DNA of 24,000 nucleotides from Candidatus Geothermarchaeota archaeon (lineage in GTDB: Archaea; Thermoproteota; Nitrososphaeria; Geothermarchaeales; JDFR-13), in contig WAKB01000010.1 in the NCBI GenBank assembly GCA_015523545.1, positions 79,554 through 103,553 of the forward strand, read 5' to 3'. A program made the position numbers and the translations under genes. Positions 23,094 to 24,000 of this stretch are shown here, piece by piece. Numbering within the stretch: position 1 is the stretch's first letter; each line of letters starts with the position of its first letter. The notes under the pieces were generated by a model, which saw nothing but the letters and a program-made list of their open reading frames with translations, did no database searches and had not been told where the DNA came from.

Positions 23094-24000
23094 CTAGCCT
23101 AGACGCGACTTAACAGCCTCCACAATCTCCTTCACAAGCGTATCTGTAGACCCCTCAATAGTGGCGCCTGCGGCCACGTTATGCCCACCACCTATACCCG
23201 AGAACCTCTTGGAGAGGTCTCTCATAATCTCAGCCAGGTTGAAGCCCTTCTCAACTAGGTGTCTAGGTGCCCTAGCCGATAGCTTAACACCCCTCTCCGA
23301 CCTAGCCAGCAGGATGACTACCTTATCCTGATACTTCAACGACCTAGACAGTATCGTTGAAATCGTGCCGCTGAACCTCGGGTTAAAGTCATGTCCCCTG
23401 AGATCAACGATCGCCACCGTATCATCATATATCTTTGCCGACCTGTCAGCCATCTCGAGATACTTGGCAATAAACCTTCTACGCTCCATATACAGCTCTA
23501 TAGCCCTATCCACCACCCCACCCCTAACACCATACGCTAGGAGTAGGCCAAGCCTCTCCTCACCCATCCGGCCAGTAGTGTTAACCAGGTTAGCAAACTC
23601 ATCTACATGCCTAAGGAGTGGATGCTCCTCAAACCTCAGGACAACAAAGTTACGGATAAGATCACCGGGCCTAAGATCCCTAATCCCAAGCCCAGCTATA
23701 TACTGGACTATAACCTCGAGAAGCCTATTCCTCTCCAGGTCGTTAAGACTGTCAACAGTTCTCCCATTACTAGGGTCATAGTCAATACCCGACCTCTTCA
23801 CAAGCATCAGACCAACATCATCCCTACCCGTGAAGTTGGGGATGTAGGGGTTGAAGCTCCAAGTAATAGCCTTGTGGAGAGGGAGGCTATGGCTAGCGAA
23901 GAATATGAAATCCTTCCTAACCTCCGCTACACCCATCTCGACAGCCTTATCCAGAACCATCTTAGTCACATCTACAGGGTTGATGAGCTGCATATCCCCA
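23094..24000 (-). CDS. DHH/DHHA1-superfamily protein (RecJ/Cdc45-like), probably truncated by the window edge
   Basis: C-terminal DHHA1 signature GGGHNVAAGA. An ATG lies at 23993, but the frame stays open to position 24000. The expected N-terminal DHH motifs I and II are not in the 299 aa visible here. Confidence 0.62.
   Translation of the reverse strand, partial: GDMQLINPVDVTKMVLDKAVEMGVAEVRKDFIFFASHSLPLHKAITWSFNPYIPNFTGRDDVGLMLVKRSGIDYDPSNGRTVDSLNDLERNRLLEVIVQYIAGLGIRDLRPGDLIRNFVVLRFEEHPLLRHVDEFANLVNTTGRMGEERLGLLLAYGVRGGVVDRAIELYMERRRFIAKYLEMADRSAKIYDDTVAIVDLRGHDFNPRFSGTISTILSRSLKYQDKVVILLARSERGVKLSARAPRHLVEKGFNLAEIMRDLSKRFSGIGGGHNVAAGATIEGSTDTLVKEIVEAVKSRLG

Overview
The window is densely packed (roughly 90% coding) and mostly transcribed from the minus strand. 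Gene content, gene order and tRNA architecture point to the core genome of a hyperthermophile-type crenarchaeon (Thermoproteota). All calls below come from reading the sequence and recalling family motifs; no database search was run.

Content, left to right:
- 1-6122: a ribosomal-protein superoperon, L22-S3-L29-Rnp1-S17-L14-L24-S4e-L5-S14-S8-L6-L32e-L19e-L18 (minus strand).
- 6231-9089: TFE, aTrm56, HflX and MBF1 (minus strand).
- 9169-9612: NAC and tRNA-Pro(UGG) (plus strand).
- 9650-12083: a three-gene Rieske / cytochrome b / blue-copper respiratory operon.
- 12225-13857: tRNA-Trp with two introns, a NOL1/NOP2/Sun m5C RNA methyltransferase, tRNA-Pro(CGG) with a D-arm intron, and tRNA-Gly(GCC).
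- 13908-17389: FEN1, an 89-aa unknown ORF and CDC48.
- 17520-19100: aEF-1beta, a Zn-ribbon protein and a GGR-family flavoprotein.
- 19165-24000: Pth2, TruD, L15e, a YchF/Obg-like GTPase, S3Ae, Pcc1 and a DHH/DHHA1 protein that runs into the window end.

I found no mobile element, CRISPR array, defence or toxin module, or rRNA, and I cannot honestly point to a clearly new multi-gene system. The items most worth a second look are:
- the multiply and non-canonically interrupted tRNA genes;
- the inverted twin tRNA-Pro genes, whose exons differ at one base and only one of which carries an intron;
- the compact c1-less Rieske/cyt b/cupredoxin module embedded among translation genes;
- the uncharacterised winged-helix-like ORF wedged between CDC48 and FEN1.

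The ORF track writes GTG (alternative) start codons as M and often over-extends N-termini. I re-picked starts using Shine-Dalgarno-like GGTG/GAGGTG motifs, TATA spacing and conserved N-termini.
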